Shown: positions 36,001 to 47,203 of the stretch, in pieces
Layout of the letters: the number at the start of each line of letters is the position of its first letter
How positions within the stretch are numbered: position 1 is the first letter of the stretch
Source of the DNA: Dendrobates tinctorius
Taxonomy: Eukaryota
Reading direction: 5' to 3'
DNA: 64,000 bases
Assembly (NCBI RefSeq): GCF_039654945.1
Contig: NW_027361754.1
Location: forward strand, 65,596,001 to 65,660,000
Notes under the pieces: model-generated
Databases searched by the model: none
The model's input: the letters and a program-made list of their open reading frames with translations, nothing else
What the model was told of the DNA's origin: nothing
Made by a program: the position numbers and the translations under genes

Positions 36001-39000
36001 TCTGTGTTTACTTAGTGTCCTCCTAGCAAGCAGCATAACACCACGGTCTGTGTCCCCCAATGAGGCGTAGGAGAAAGTCTGTTTCTCAAGGATGTAACCA
36101 TCACCATTATCAGGTACTCGCCCTCCCTTGCTATTCTCCTGCGTTCTTGGTTCTGTGACTAAAGCTCAGTGACCGGCTAGAACGGTGATATTTTATGTAC
36201 TTTTACACAATTTGGTGACCACTTTATTGAAAGTGGACATCCCCTTTTAAAGATTGAATGAAAAAAAACAAATATGTAACTTTTAAAACTTTAAAAAAGT
36301 ACACGATTGCATATTTTATCTAAACTTTGGAAAAAGCTCTTGGGGCTTTGTGTGGATTTGGAGATGTGGTTAAAAAATAATTACATTTCTCTTGAAATGA
36401 AAGTACAAAATCTAAAATTAGATATCTAATTTGTGACATTTTTTAACAGAAGTAAAAAAAACTAAAGAAGAGCTGGAAGCTGAGGCTGAAGATGAGGAGG
36501 AGGAAGCACAGAATATTCAGAGGCGTTTAGCAAAGACTCTCAATGAAGAAGATTATGGGTTGGATTTCATCCAGGTAAGATTATATTGGTTTTTATTAAT
36601 TTCTATTATAACCAGAGGTCGGTAGATGTTTCTGCTGTATGCTACTTTGTCTGTGCCAAGTGATGGATTTGTGATGTCCGTTCGGTGTATATGCCAAATT
36701 ATTCATAGGGTCCGGTTCACCTGACAAATGGCAAAAAAGTGTTCTTGTGACATATTGAGCTGGTATGCATTGGGTATTCCTTTCTTTCTTTCATCTGGAT
36801 GGAAGAGTATTCTATTGCATTATTCCATACAGAGACATTCAGTTAAATGGAATCTGTCACCCCATTTTACGACTATGAGCTGCCGGCACAGACATCAGGG
36901 GCTTATCTACAGTATTCTGTAATGCTGTAGATAAGCCCCCGATGTAACCTGAAAGAGAAGAAAAAGGAGCTAGATTATATTCAATGGGGGGCGGTCCGGT
37001 CTTGGTCCGATGGGTGTTGCGGTCCGGCGCCTCCCATCTTCTAACGGTGACGTCCTCTTCTTTGCTGCCTGTTGTGGTGCAGGCGCACTGCTCTGCCCTA
37101 TTGAGGGCAGAGCAGAATACTGCAGTGCGCAGGCACCGGACCTCTCCCAGCGCCTGCGCACTGCAGGACTCTGCTCTGCCCTCAACAGGGCAGAGCAGTG
37201 TGCCTTCCCTGGAGCCACGACAGGCAGCAAAGAGGACGTCACCGTTAGAAGATGGGAGGCGCCGGACCAGACGGCGACATCCATCGGACCAGACCGAATG
37301 CCAGGGTGTATAATCTAACTCTTTTTTCTTATCTTTCAGGTTACATCGGGGGTTATCTACAGCATTACAGAATGCTGTAGATAAGCCCCTGATGTCGGTG
37401 TCGGCAGCTCATAGTCAAAAATGGGGTGACAGATTCCTTTTAAAAAAATTGGTATACGTCAGCATTAGGAACACTACCCAATGTGTATACCTCTGACAAA
37501 ACAGAGGGAGTTACGTACATTGTTTCTTCATAGGAATTTGCAGAAAAGCCTAGCGAAGAAACGCCTGCTGAGCAGAAAATTGTAAAAGACTTGAATAAGA
37601 TGTCTGATAAAGAGAAGAGGAAATTATTGAAGAAGGAATCGCCTGAATTGATGGAGCTGGTTCAAGATCTTAAGCAAAAAGTAACGTGACTTCTCACTGC
37701 TCTCATGTTCAATACTGGCCTCATAAATGCTCTGGTACAGAATGGTGGCTCAGTGATTAGCACTGCAGCATTGCAGCGCTGGAGTCCAGGATTCAAATCC
37801 TGCCAAGAACATCAGCAAGGAGGTTGTATGTTCTCCCCGTGTTTGCGTGGGTTTCCTCCGGGTTCTCCGGTTTCCTCCCACACTCCAAAGACATACTAAC
37901 AGGGAATATAGATTGTGAGCTCCAATGGGGCAGCAATGATAATATCTGTAAAGTGTTGCAGAATATGATGGCGATAGATAGAGGCCGCAGCATACACCCA
38001 TGGTTTCCTATGTCCCCCAGTGAAGCGATAGAGAAACTCTATGCCTGCCCTTTAAGTTCTTCCATCTGGAGAATTATTTTTAATAATTCTCCCCTATAAA
38101 TTACCTACTAGCTGGGTGAAAGAATCTGTAGCTTTAATAATCCAGGCTTCTTTTTAGTCTAACTTTTTTTCTTTTCTTTGTGTGTCTTTCAGTTAGCTGA
38201 AGTGAAAAATAAATTGCAGCCATTGATCCAAATGATAACAGATGGAATTATCCCTAAAGGAAAGGTAATGAATGTTGCTGCAAGACGGCTGTTAACATTT
38301 TCTCAGTGATTCCTACCTCTAATAATTATAATAAGCTCTTTGGTTGCAAGGATTGTTTGAAATGGCTCTTAAAGGTGCATGCTAGGTCAGGCTGTGGTCT
38401 GAAAAAACACAGCTCCCAAGACCTGTGTCTCAATCGACAGGGGCACTGTAACGTAAGCACACATACTGGTGAGCTGCCAGAGAAGAGCTGTAATAGAAGA
38501 AATCTTCTCCTCAGCTGACCGCACATGGAGGCTTGAGGCTGACCAATTTGGCCCAAATTGTTCTTAAAATATCTGTCGCATGGTAGTGAACACACATCGC
38601 ATGTAGTCTCCATAGTCCAGAAACTTTTGCGTGCGAGCATTGAAAGATTACTTCTCCATTCTATGGGTTGCATTGGCCATGATTGGGGGCGAGACTCAGT
38701 GACTGACTCACCACCAATAGTTTCATTAAATGATTTTTGGTTGTGCTTTACAGGGCAGCGACTACCTACAGACCAAATACCAGCTGTACTTAAAGTAAGT
38801 ATCACCAGGAAGTTTTGCTCTTATTTCTCTGGACCTCATTCTTTGTATAATTATTCTGCTCTCTCCTCTTTTATGTATTTATTAGTTATTGCACAAACAT
38901 TAGTTACTACCTGCTGCTGAAAGCAAAAAGAATACCAATCACCGGCCACCCCGTGATCGAGAGACTGGTCACGTACAGGAACGTGAGTCATTTTTTCTGT

Positions 39001-41787
39001 TCCGGATCACAATAGTCTTTGCCGTCGTCAGTCTTCTTGCCTAAAATATTTCTTCTCTTTATTTTAGCTGATAAATGACCTGCTTGTTGTAGATGAAAGG
39101 ATATCTCCAGAAATTCGCCTGCTGCTCTCTGAAGATTTTCAGAAAAACCTTTCTGATGGGAAGATTAGTACCAGTCAGCCTAAACCTCATAAAAAAGTGG
39201 CTACCAAGGTAAGTGGATGTAAATGAAGCTCATGATCAGGTGCGTCTTCCGAAAGCTACAAAATACATTATTCTTTATTGTGTGAATTGGTAATTTCACC
39301 GTATACAACCAATGCAGGGAGAATATTGGCTGTGTATGGCATTGCAAGCCAGAATGAAATCTAGCAGAATGCAATAATTGGCATCTTCAACACCCAGGGC
39401 ACAAATATGTTCACGTGCATGCCCTAATCAAACATCCACTGTTATAGAATATTAGCCGTATTACATCTTGATAAGTTTCTCTGCAGTAGAAACTATTTCA
39501 AAGAATCGACTTCTATCATCAGTGGGGGACATTAAAAATCAAATTGACTTTGTGACATACGCAGTTATTTCTGTTTCACTTATGGGCTGTGATTCTGTAT
39601 CCAGACAGCAGCTGGATATCAGTCTTAGGAAACCCTGATGATCCCATCTTTTGACCCTTCAGTGATCAAACTTGGCATATTTTGTGGATATGCCATAAAG
39701 GTTGTCATGAAAAAAACCTTTTAAAGCCAATCTAAAGAGCCTAATGTAGCCCAGACCTAACATTTATAGGTGGACTGATGGTTTACAGGTGGAAGAGCGG
39801 AAAAAAACATGGTGAATTTTGGGGCTTGGTATAATTCATACATAACAGGGGTCCTTTATAGTGAGATACACTTTTCAAAGTTAACTTCCTTGGATAATGG
39901 AAGTGGTTTCACTATTAGGACACCCTTCGTTAATACCTACTTGTGGACCTTTAAGACAAAATGGGCAATCCCACTATTGTAAGTCTCTGATCCAACACAT
40001 GGTATAGGATTACAATGACATTAGGACACCATGATACATTATAGATCATGGCATAAAGTGGATGAATGTATTATTCTTTTTGAAATACAGCGCCCCATAC
40101 CCGAGCCTGATGACGATAGTGGTATGGATGAAGACGATGCTCTCAAATACTACAGAATGATGGAGAACAGATTGATGCAAAAGCGGAAACCTGTGGAGGA
40201 GCAGACGACGTACGTAGTCTTACTGACCATGAGATAATGTGGATTTCTTGAAAGTTTCCCAATTCATCCCTAATACTGTAAATTTGTTCTTGTTTTTTAT
40301 AGTGAGGTGGCCTCATCTGAAGAAACTGATCCCAATGCCAAGAGAGCCATCACTTATCAGGTAACGTGCCAGTTCTGCCAACTAGAAGATAACAATTACC
40401 CCTCCAAAAAAAAGTTTTTCTAGTAATAGAAATCTCATAAGCAGCAACAAAGAGGCATGATCTTTATAGACCCCAATGATTTTAGGAATCTGTGGTCCTT
40501 CAGCATCAATGTGATCATGACCAATCTGGAAATCATCCACCTATAGCAAAGCAGATCCAAGAAATGTCCCCATAGAAAACTTTATTCATCCTTTTCTCTC
40601 TGTTATAGTGGTATGTTAGGAATAAAGGAAGGGGGAAGACACTCATGCTTGACATTGGTCTCTTTGTCATTCCAGATTGCTAAGAATAAAGGGCTTACAC
40701 CAAAAAGAAGGAAGATTGACCGTAACCCAAGGGTTAAGCACAGGGAGAAGTTCAGGCGTGCCAAGATCCGCAGAAAGGGCCAGGTATGTATCTGTATTCT
40801 GCTGCATTTATTAGAACCAGCAGGCGTTGTTGGTGAGTGACTAACTGGAAAATTTAGATCTGGTCGGTAACCTGTTCACAGTGCGGACATAGGCCAGTGT
40901 AGAGCCGGATCATCACACGACAGACATTAATGGCATCTAATAAGCCCTATGGATTTTTAATAGAGTTCGACGGATTACAGCAAGGTTTCCATTGTTTTAA
41001 CAAGAAGAATAGTCACATTGTAGAAGGATCAACTTTATTCTCATTTGCACAAGGAAAGACTAGAAGCAATGGGATGAAACTGAATGGGAGGAGACACAGA
41101 TTAGATATTAGAAAAAACTTTTTGACAGAGTGATCAATGAGTGGAACAGGCTGCCACGAGAAGTGGTGAGTTCTCCTTCAATCAGAGGCTGGACAGACTT
41201 CTGACTGGGATAATTTAGCGAATCCTGCTTTGAGCAGGGGGTTGGACCAGATGGCCCAGGAGGTCCCTTCCAACTCTACGATTCTATGATTCTTTCCCTC
41301 AAACATCTTGGAAACTGCCTCCTACCTGCCTGTATCCGCGGTTCTTTTGATTAGCTGTCCTGGCGCAACGATGATGCTAATTAAAACGAGCCATGGATTC
41401 CAGGAGGTAACTTTTTTGTTTCTTGATTAAAATAAGGATTTGTTACTTTCTTCTAATGTGTAAAATGGTTTGTTCTGAATTTTGATCCAGTTGATCGACA
41501 CTGAGGATCAAGAGGTAAAAACTTGCTTTAGAACAGACTGGATTATGAATTATGACCTATACCCCATTTCCTTTTATCCCTCCTCACCCCTCGGATGATG
41601 GACATGTGCTTTTTTCTTTTAACCAAATTATGGTTGTGATGAAATGGCAAAGAACAGCCCTTCACTGTTTCCTTCTGACTTTTGTCTGCGTTAACAGGTA
41701 CGTGAGGTGCGCAAGGAAGAAGCCCGATACTCAGGGGAGGTCTCTGGTATCCGTGCTGGGGTTAAGAAGAGCATCAAGCTTAAATAA
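17938..41787 (+). CDS. UTP3: UTP3 / SAS10 small-subunit processome component; 16 coding exons, 466 aa
   Basis: Exons 17938-17954, 27478-27562, 28292-28348, 28504-28560, 28648-28759, 29796-29870, 36450-36574, 37534-37680, 38193-38264, 38754-38794, 38886-38982, 39068-39208, 40091-40209, 40303-40360, 40676-40783, 41698-41787. All introns are GT-AG and phases are compatible (1401 nt). Signature motifs: WGLRKKLYYDTDY, KESPEL, YLQTKYQLYLNYCTNISYYLLLKA, HPVIERL, AKRAITYQIAKNKGLTP..RNPRVKHREKF, SGIRAGVKKSIKLK. Exon 1 is the least certain. Confidence 0.95.
18085..18400. mobile_element. Degenerate palindromic MITE carrying two RFX X-box-like motifs
   Basis: Inverted arms GTTGCCATGGAGACCGACCACCG (18198-18220) and CGGTGGTCGGTCTCCAAGGCAAC (18339-18361); outer ttcagcca/tggctgaa. 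Confidence 0.5.
21879..25156. mobile_element. Non-autonomous piggyBac-like element, copy A (left end intact, right ~190 bp missing)
   Basis: TTAA|CCCCTT at 21875-21884, inside the DIRS-A gag. Four ~380-bp internal tandem units and a CCCTAA-like tract at 23905-23985. Colinear with copy B. Confidence 0.75.
25157..26907 (+). mobile_element. 3' part of a DIRS family B element (MT end, decayed tyrosine recombinase, ICR, right ITR)
   Basis: Closely matches the reverse complement of 30248-31925. YR motifs WDLNLILGAL and LSWKVVFLVAITS. ICR at 26538-26628; terminus CACAAAAATCCCTATT. Confidence 0.9.
29404..29681. mobile_element. hAT-type MITE
   Basis: TAGTGATGAG...CTCGCTCACTG with near-identical 8-bp TSD (GTGACAAT/TTGACAAT). 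Same family as 43166-43379. Confidence 0.75.
30582..31394 (-). CDS. DIRS-B tyrosine recombinase catalytic domain (upstream part frameshifted)
   Basis: SIRRVSEL (catalytic R), AHSTR (HxxR), ATWSS and FIKHY (catalytic Y). Confidence 0.85.
   Translation of the reverse strand: MAPPYKRPLESWDLNVVLGALQEAPFEPLQDVPLTVLSWKVVFLVAITSIRRVSELAALSCRPPFLNFHQDKAVLRTSPSFLPKVVSSLHLNVEIVLPSFCLAPVHRIEKALHTLDVVRALRRYISQTAPFRKSDALFVIPEGHRKGIVASKTMPARWIHLAIQESYRARDTPVPAGIKAHSTRSVGASWAIRHQAMAEQVCKAATWSSLHTFIKHYRIHSQASADAALGRRILQSAVPQCYISGTWGISSWIAPHPGTALGRPMVCVPQ
31661..33546 (-). pseudogene. DIRS-B RT/RNase H/methyltransferase ORF broken by several frameshifts
   Basis: ORF pieces 33214-33546, 33191-33460, 32246-33184, 31876-32340 and 31661-31885 together correspond to the intact 623-aa ORF at 45301-47172. 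Confidence 0.88.
36847..37439. mobile_element. T2/Kolobok-type foldback MITE
   Basis: TTAA|ATGGAATCTGTCACCCCATTTT...AAAATGGGGTGACAGATTCCTT|TTAA; almost the whole 590 bp is self-complementary. Confidence 0.85.
37735..37975 (+). mobile_element. tRNA-derived SINE (V-SINE/HE1-like)
   Basis: A box TGGCTCAGTGA, B box GATTCAAATCC, central TTCTCCCCGTGTTTGCGTGGGTTTCCTCCGGG. Confidence 0.8.
37987..38036 (-). mobile_element. Isolated DIRS 5'-terminus remnant (family A-like)
   Basis: GCAGCATACACCCATGG...TGTCCCCCAGTGAAGCGATAGAGAAA is the reverse complement of a DIRS left end. Confidence 0.7.
41000..41293 (+). mobile_element. CR1 LINE 3' fragment
   Basis: TRSNGMKL..RLDIRKNF peptide, followed by GGTCCCTTCCAACTC and an (ATTCTATG)n-type tail. 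Confidence 0.85.
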
Positions 41788-43165
41788 AGTTGGAGACTGT
41801 ATTTATATTTGTAACCATGTAGATTTTCCAAAAGCCATTGTGATTTTTATTTTCCACACGTTCTGTTAAAAGTTCACAGTAACAAGGCTTGATTTTTCAT
41901 TGCTGGAATTTTCTGTTTGTCTTTGTTATTCAATATTCAAAGGGGATCTATCGTCAGGAGCTCCCTGTTTTCACGTCATTACGGGTTTACCCTGACCAAA
42001 AATAAATTTGTAAAATATAACTAAAAAAACAAAATCCAAAAAGGACCGTTTAGAGGAGAGCAATTATTAAAACAGCCATGTACCCCTGCTGGCAGCTGCC
42101 ATCTTGTCCAGTGCCAGTGATATCACATTCTCACAACTGTTGTAAAGTGATGGCAGTGGCACTCAACATGATAGAAGCCACTGGAGAAGATGGTAGTCAG
42201 TAGTGTCCTTAAAGGGGTTGTCTAGGTTTGTGATTAAGTCCTCAGTGCATGCGACATGCATAATTCTGGCCACATTCCGACTAGACGTATCCAGCCTTGT
42301 TCAATACGAGTGCATTGAGAAAAGCTGCGCATGTCTAGTTGAAATGTGGCCGGGAACTTGCATATCACATACTTGCAGTCATATGACCGTCCACTCTGTG
42401 TCGGACCACGGACAATCATGACCAAGTTCACAATCCCTTTTTTTTTTTTTAAATCCATTGATTCTTAACAATGGATCAGTTAAAAACATATCGAAATCAG
42501 ATGGAAACGTGAAATACAAAGTATGTTTTTAGTTTTCCATCCTTTTTATACGGATCTTTTATAGACTTTAAATGGCTGATTCTGATCTGCACAATGAATG
42601 ATAATAAGACCTGCTCAGAGTCTCACAGACCGAACACACAAATCCATTTTTAAATCGGAGGTGCGTATAAATCAAACTCTACGGGTCCATATGCTGTCTG
42701 AGGTAAAAAAAAAAAAAAAAAAAAAGACATGTCACACTGATGTGTATGCAGCCTGCCACACTTCCAACATGCCCACAACCAAACAAGACAAAAAAAAAAA
42801 AAGCATCCTGCCAAACTATTTCCAGAAAACATGACATGTACAACCTGAAATGTGAGATGTATTGAAAAGATCTAATCCATATCTCACATTCAATACAATA
42901 CAGAAGGAGGTCAGAAACAGAATCAATCCATGGCCATAAAATTAATACACCAGTAGACAGATTTGGGGAAAATTATGGGAACTGATGCATAAAACAATTA
43001 CACTAATACAGTGTAAAAATTGCAGTTGTAAAAAAGTCAGACTAAAGTTCGGACTATTTCTATTCGTGGTGGGAATTCTAGCAGCATGATAGAACACATA
43101 GACCCTTAACATACTATGTCTGACTTACCGGGCTAATAGAGGTTCAGTTACTGCAGACACCTGCA

Positions 43166-43379
43166 TAGTGATGAGCAACCATGCTAGGATAAGGTGTTAT
43201 CTGAGCATGCTCTGGTGCTCTACAGTGTCTTTGGCATGCTCGAAAAATATGTTCCAGTCCCCGTGGCTGCATGTGTTGCAGCTGTCGAACAGCCGCAAGA
43301 CATGCAGCCGCAGGGACTCTAACAATTTTCAAGCATGCCAAAGACACTGTTAGCACACGAGCATGCTTACTCTTCACTA
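43166..43379. mobile_element. hAT-type MITE
   Basis: TAGTGATGAG...CTCTTCACTA with 8-bp TSD CACCTGCA/CACCTTCA. Confidence 0.75.
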
Positions 43380-44279
43380 CACCTTCACAATACCTACAGG
43401 GCTCCATCGGCTGCCCATGAAAAAGTAATGGCTGTAGGGAAGAACACCTCTGTGGTAGCCACCATCAGATGCCTTATGTAAATGTCTATTTTATGTAGTC
43501 CCAGAAGTACAGTAAAAATGCCACACCTCTTTAGCAGCAAAACAAATACAGTTTTTTCCCTGTATAAGGCATAAGGGCAGTAGGTGAAGGGGGCTGGTTA
43601 TTTCAATAGCAAAGCCAGCTCCCTCTAAATTCAACAGTTAGTTTATGCAGAGCACGGGGAAAACAACTGAGTATCACACACCCTCCCTGGGTCTAGCGAG
43701 GACTCTCCACTGCTGTTCATCTCATCAACATTAAGTCTGTCAGCTGAGCTGCTTGTGCCGTGTATATGGGCAGAACCCTGAACTCACTGATTGGCTGTTG
43801 CACTGCAGACAAACAAGACATTTAGCAGTGAAGAGCCAGCATTGGACCAGGGGAGGGAAAACAGGATTTTTGGGTTGCTTACCGTAAAATCTGTTTCTCG
43901 GAGCCTTCATTGGGGGACACAGAGACCATGGGTGTATGCTGCTGCCACTAGGAGGCTGACACTATGCAAAAAAAGGTTAGCTCCTCCTCCGCAGTGTACA
44001 CCCCACCGACCGACAGGGATTTCCTCAGTTAGTGAGAAAGCAGTAGGAGAAGTAACAGAATAGATTGAAAACAGAACAAACAACTCAACTGTAACCATTC
44101 AACCAAAGTAAGAACAGGAGCTGTAGAACATGGGAGGGTGCTGTGTCCCCCAATGAAGGCTTCGAGAAACAGATTTTACGGTAAGCAACCCAAAAATCCT
44201 GTTTTCTCGTTCGCCTTATTGGGGGACACAGACCATGGGATGTCCAAAAGCAGACCCTGGGGTGGTAAACAAACTTCCA

Positions 44280-46222
44280 TCAGGCCAGCGGACTCACCAC
44301 CGCGGCCTGCAGAATCCTTCTACCTAGGCTGGCGTCCGCCGAAGCGTAGGTGTGGACTCTGTAGAATTTCACAAACGTGTGAACCGATGACCATGTTGCA
44401 GCTTTGCAAAGCTGCAGCGCGGAAGCTCTGTGGCGTACGGCCCAGGAGGCACCCACCACCCGAGTAGAGTGGGCCCTGATCCCCGGAGGGGCTCCGCGAC
44501 GCTTAACTCGGTAGGCTTCCAAAATTGCCGATCTGATCCAGCGAGCAATAGTGGCCTTTGACGCCGGGAGACCTTTCCGCGCCCCATCTGGAATAATGAA
44601 AAGAGACTCTGTCTTTCGCAAGGAAGCCGTCCTAGACAGACTCTTATTGTCCTAACCAGGTCCAGCTTGTTCAAAGACCGCTCTCGGGAATGAGTTGGAC
44701 TCGGACAGAAGGATGGTAGCACGATATCCTCATTGAGGTGAAACGAGAACACCACCTTCGGAAGGAAGGAGGGCGGGGGCCGCAGAACTACCTTATCCTG
44801 GTGAAGCACCAGAAAGGGAGAGCGGCAAGAAAAAGATGCCAATTCCGACACGCGCCGGACGGAGGTGATGGCCACCAGAAAGGCCACCTTCCAAGAAAGA
44901 AGAGAAAGGGAAACTTCCCTGAGAGGTTCAAAGGGAGAACCTTGCAGAACCTCAAGAACCAGATTAAGATCCCATGGATCCACGGGTGCCCTGTACGGCG
45001 GAACCGTGTGAGCCACGCCCTGAAGAAAGGTCTTGACTTGAGGACGGGAAGCCAACGTTCTCTGAAAGAAAATGGACAGCGCCGAAACTTGCCCCTTCAA
45101 GGAACTGAGGGCAAGCCCCGCTTCCAATCCTGCCTGGAGAAAGGCTAGGACTGAAGGGAGCGAAAAGTACATGGGCGCGATGTCATTGGTCTCACACCAA
45201 GTGAAATAGGCCTTCCAAGTACGGTAGTAGATCTTGGAAGATGATGGCTTTCTGGCTCGGATCATGGTCTGAATTACTTGGTCGGAAAATCCAGCTTGTT
45301 TCAAAACCTCGGTCTCAACAGCCACGCCGTTAAATTGAGCGGCCGAGAATTGGGGTGGCAAATCGGACCTTGGGACAGCAGATCTGCTCTGTCCGGAAGC
45401 TTCCAGGGAGCGTCCGCGAGAAGATTGACAATGTCCGCGAACCAAGACCTTCTGGGCCAATTCGGGGCGATGAGAATGACTGGAATTCCTTCTGCCTTGA
45501 TCTTCCTCAACAGCTTGGGAAGAGGCAGAGGAGGGAACAGGTAGGGAAGATCGAACTGGGACCAAGGAACGGCCAGGGCGTCGGTGCCCACTGCCAGAGG
45601 GTCCCGAGACCTGGACACGAATTGTGGGACTTTCCTGTTGAGGCGAGACGCCATGAGATCTACATCCGGGGTTCCCCACCGAAGGCAGAGCCGATGAAAC
45701 ACCTCCGGATGTAGGGACCACTCTCCCGCCGCGAGACCCTCGCGGCTGAGAAAGTCGGCGGCCCAGTTGTCTACGCCGGGGATGTGGACCGCGGAAATTG
45801 TCGGAACGGAAATCTCCGCCCAAAGAAGAATTTTGGACACCTCCGCCAGGGCTGAGACACTCCGTGTTCCCCCTTGGCGGTTGACATATGCCACCGCTGT
45901 GGCATTGTCTGTCTGAACCCGAACAGGCAGTCCCTTGAGAAGCCTCTCCCAGTGAACGAGAGCCAGATGGATCGCTCGAATCTCTAGAACGTTGATCGGT
46001 AGTGCTGATTCCCAATCCGACCATCGACCCTGAACAGTGTGGTTGCGGAACACTGCACCCCAGCCGAGGAGACTGGCATCTGTGGTTACTATCTGCCAGT
46101 GAATGGGAAGGAAGGATCGACCCGATAGGATGAGAGGTGACGTCAACCACCAGTTGAGAGACCGCTTGATCCGGCATGAAAGATGGACAGGGTGATCCAG
46201 GTACAGAGGCGACCTGTTCCAT
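44280..46222 (-). CDS. DIRS-C tyrosine recombinase (overlaps RT; one frameshift near 44640)
   Basis: SSSKIYYRTWKAY, SVRRVSEL, then AHSTR, ATWSS and FVKFY in the 44280-44621 frame. Confidence 0.9.
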
Positions 46223-47172
46223 CTCGACAGAATGGCCTGCTGGAGAGGTCTGGCGTGAAATTGGGCAAAGGGAACCGCCTCTATCGCCGCCACCATCTTT
46301 CCCAGGACCCTCATGGCTGTACGGAGGGACGGGGATCGTGTGATCTGCAGCGATCGTACCTCCTGCTGCAGGGAAAGGATCTTCTCTTGAGGGAGAAAGA
46401 CCCTTGACCGACGAGTGTCGAACAGTAGGCCTAGAAAGACCAAACGTTGGTTAGGAACCAGACAGGACTTTCTCCTGTTGACGATCCACCCGAAATTGGA
46501 AAGAGTGTCCAGGACGATTAACAAACTTTGGTGAGCCTGTTGAAATGAGGGAGCTTTGATCAGAATATCGTCGAGGTACGGAAAAAGAGCGAGACCTCTG
46601 ACTCTCAACAAAGCCATCAACGCAGCCATGATCTTCGTGAAGACTCTGGGAGCGGTGGCGAGACCGAAGGGCAGTGCGACGAATTGGTAATGGTGCTGCC
46701 GAATCGCAAAACGCAGAAACTTCTGATGTCCGGAGAAGATTGGAACATGTAAATAGGCATCTTGGATGTCTATTGAGCACATGAATTCCTGCTCCTCCAT
46801 GGAAGCGATGACCGAGCGAAGCGACTCCATTCGGAAGTGGCGAAGGCGGACTCTCTTGTTGAGCAGCATGAGATCCAAGATGGGACGAACTGCGCCGTCT
46901 TTTTTCGGCACTACAAACAGGTTCGAATAAAACCCTGTGAAGCGCTCCGATTCGGGAACGGGCACAATCACTCCAGAACTGAGAAGAGAGGCGATAGCCA
47001 TAGAGAACCCCGGGATCAAGGCTGGATCTTTTGGAGGCCGGGATTCGAAGAAACGATCCCGTGGAAGAGAGACGAACTCTATCTTGTATCCTGAGGATAC
47101 GAGCTCCCTGACCCAAGCGTCCTCTACGGAGGCCAGCCAAACTTCTCTGAAGAAAAGAAGTCGACCTCCCAA
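45301..47172 (-). CDS. DIRS-C reverse transcriptase - RNase H - DNA adenine methyltransferase-like polyprotein
   Basis: Open 623-aa frame with FYSNLFVVPKKDG, IDIQDAYLH, LPFGL, YLDD, TTDAS..GWG, INVLE, TDN, N..AD.LSR and DLMAS...YLFPP. Confidence 0.95.
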   Translation of the reverse strand: MGGRLLFFREVWLASVEDAWVRELVSSGYKIEFVSLPRDRFFESRPPKDPALIPGFSMAIASLLSSGVIVPVPESERFTGFYSNLFVVPKKDGAVRPILDLMLLNKRVRLRHFRMESLRSVIASMEEQEFMCSIDIQDAYLHVPIFSGHQKFLRFAIRQHHYQFVALPFGLATAPRVFTKIMAALMALLRVRGLALFPYLDDILIKAPSFQQAHQSLLIVLDTLSNFGWIVNRRKSCLVPNQRLVFLGLLFDTRRSRVFLPQEKILSLQQEVRSLQITRSPSLRTAMRVLGKMVAAIEAVPFAQFHARPLQQAILSRWNRSPLYLDHPVHLSCRIKRSLNWWLTSPLILSGRSFLPIHWQIVTTDASLLGWGAVFRNHTVQGRWSDWESALPINVLEIRAIHLALVHWERLLKGLPVRVQTDNATAVAYVNRQGGTRSVSALAEVSKILLWAEISVPTISAVHIPGVDNWAADFLSREGLAAGEWSLHPEVFHRLCLRWGTPDVDLMASRLNRKVPQFVSRSRDPLAVGTDALAVPWSQFDLPYLFPPLPLPKLLRKIKAEGIPVILIAPNWPRRSWFADIVNLLADAPWKLPDRADLLSQGPICHPNSRPLNLTAWLLRPRF

Positions 47173-47203
47173 TTGGAAGGGCCCCTCGGGTGCCCGACGA
47201 TAG

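Larger units (their letters stand above)
30248..36076 (-). mobile_element. Full-length DIRS family B element (frameshifted) in UTP3 intron 6
   Basis: 5' end TTTCTCCTACGCCTCATTGGGGGACACAG at 36076. ITRs at about 35942-36062 and 30299-30420; ICR 30507-30598. Fragmented gag (35023-33548), RT (LPFGL, YLDD), RNase H (SDN), MT (YIFPP) and YR. Confidence 0.95.

Noticed and set aside
41636-41680. Box C (GTGATGA) and box D (CTGA) in the last UTP3 intron, suggesting a snoRNA
   Set aside because: Only ~44 nt, no terminal stem, and the CTGAC is better explained as the branch point.
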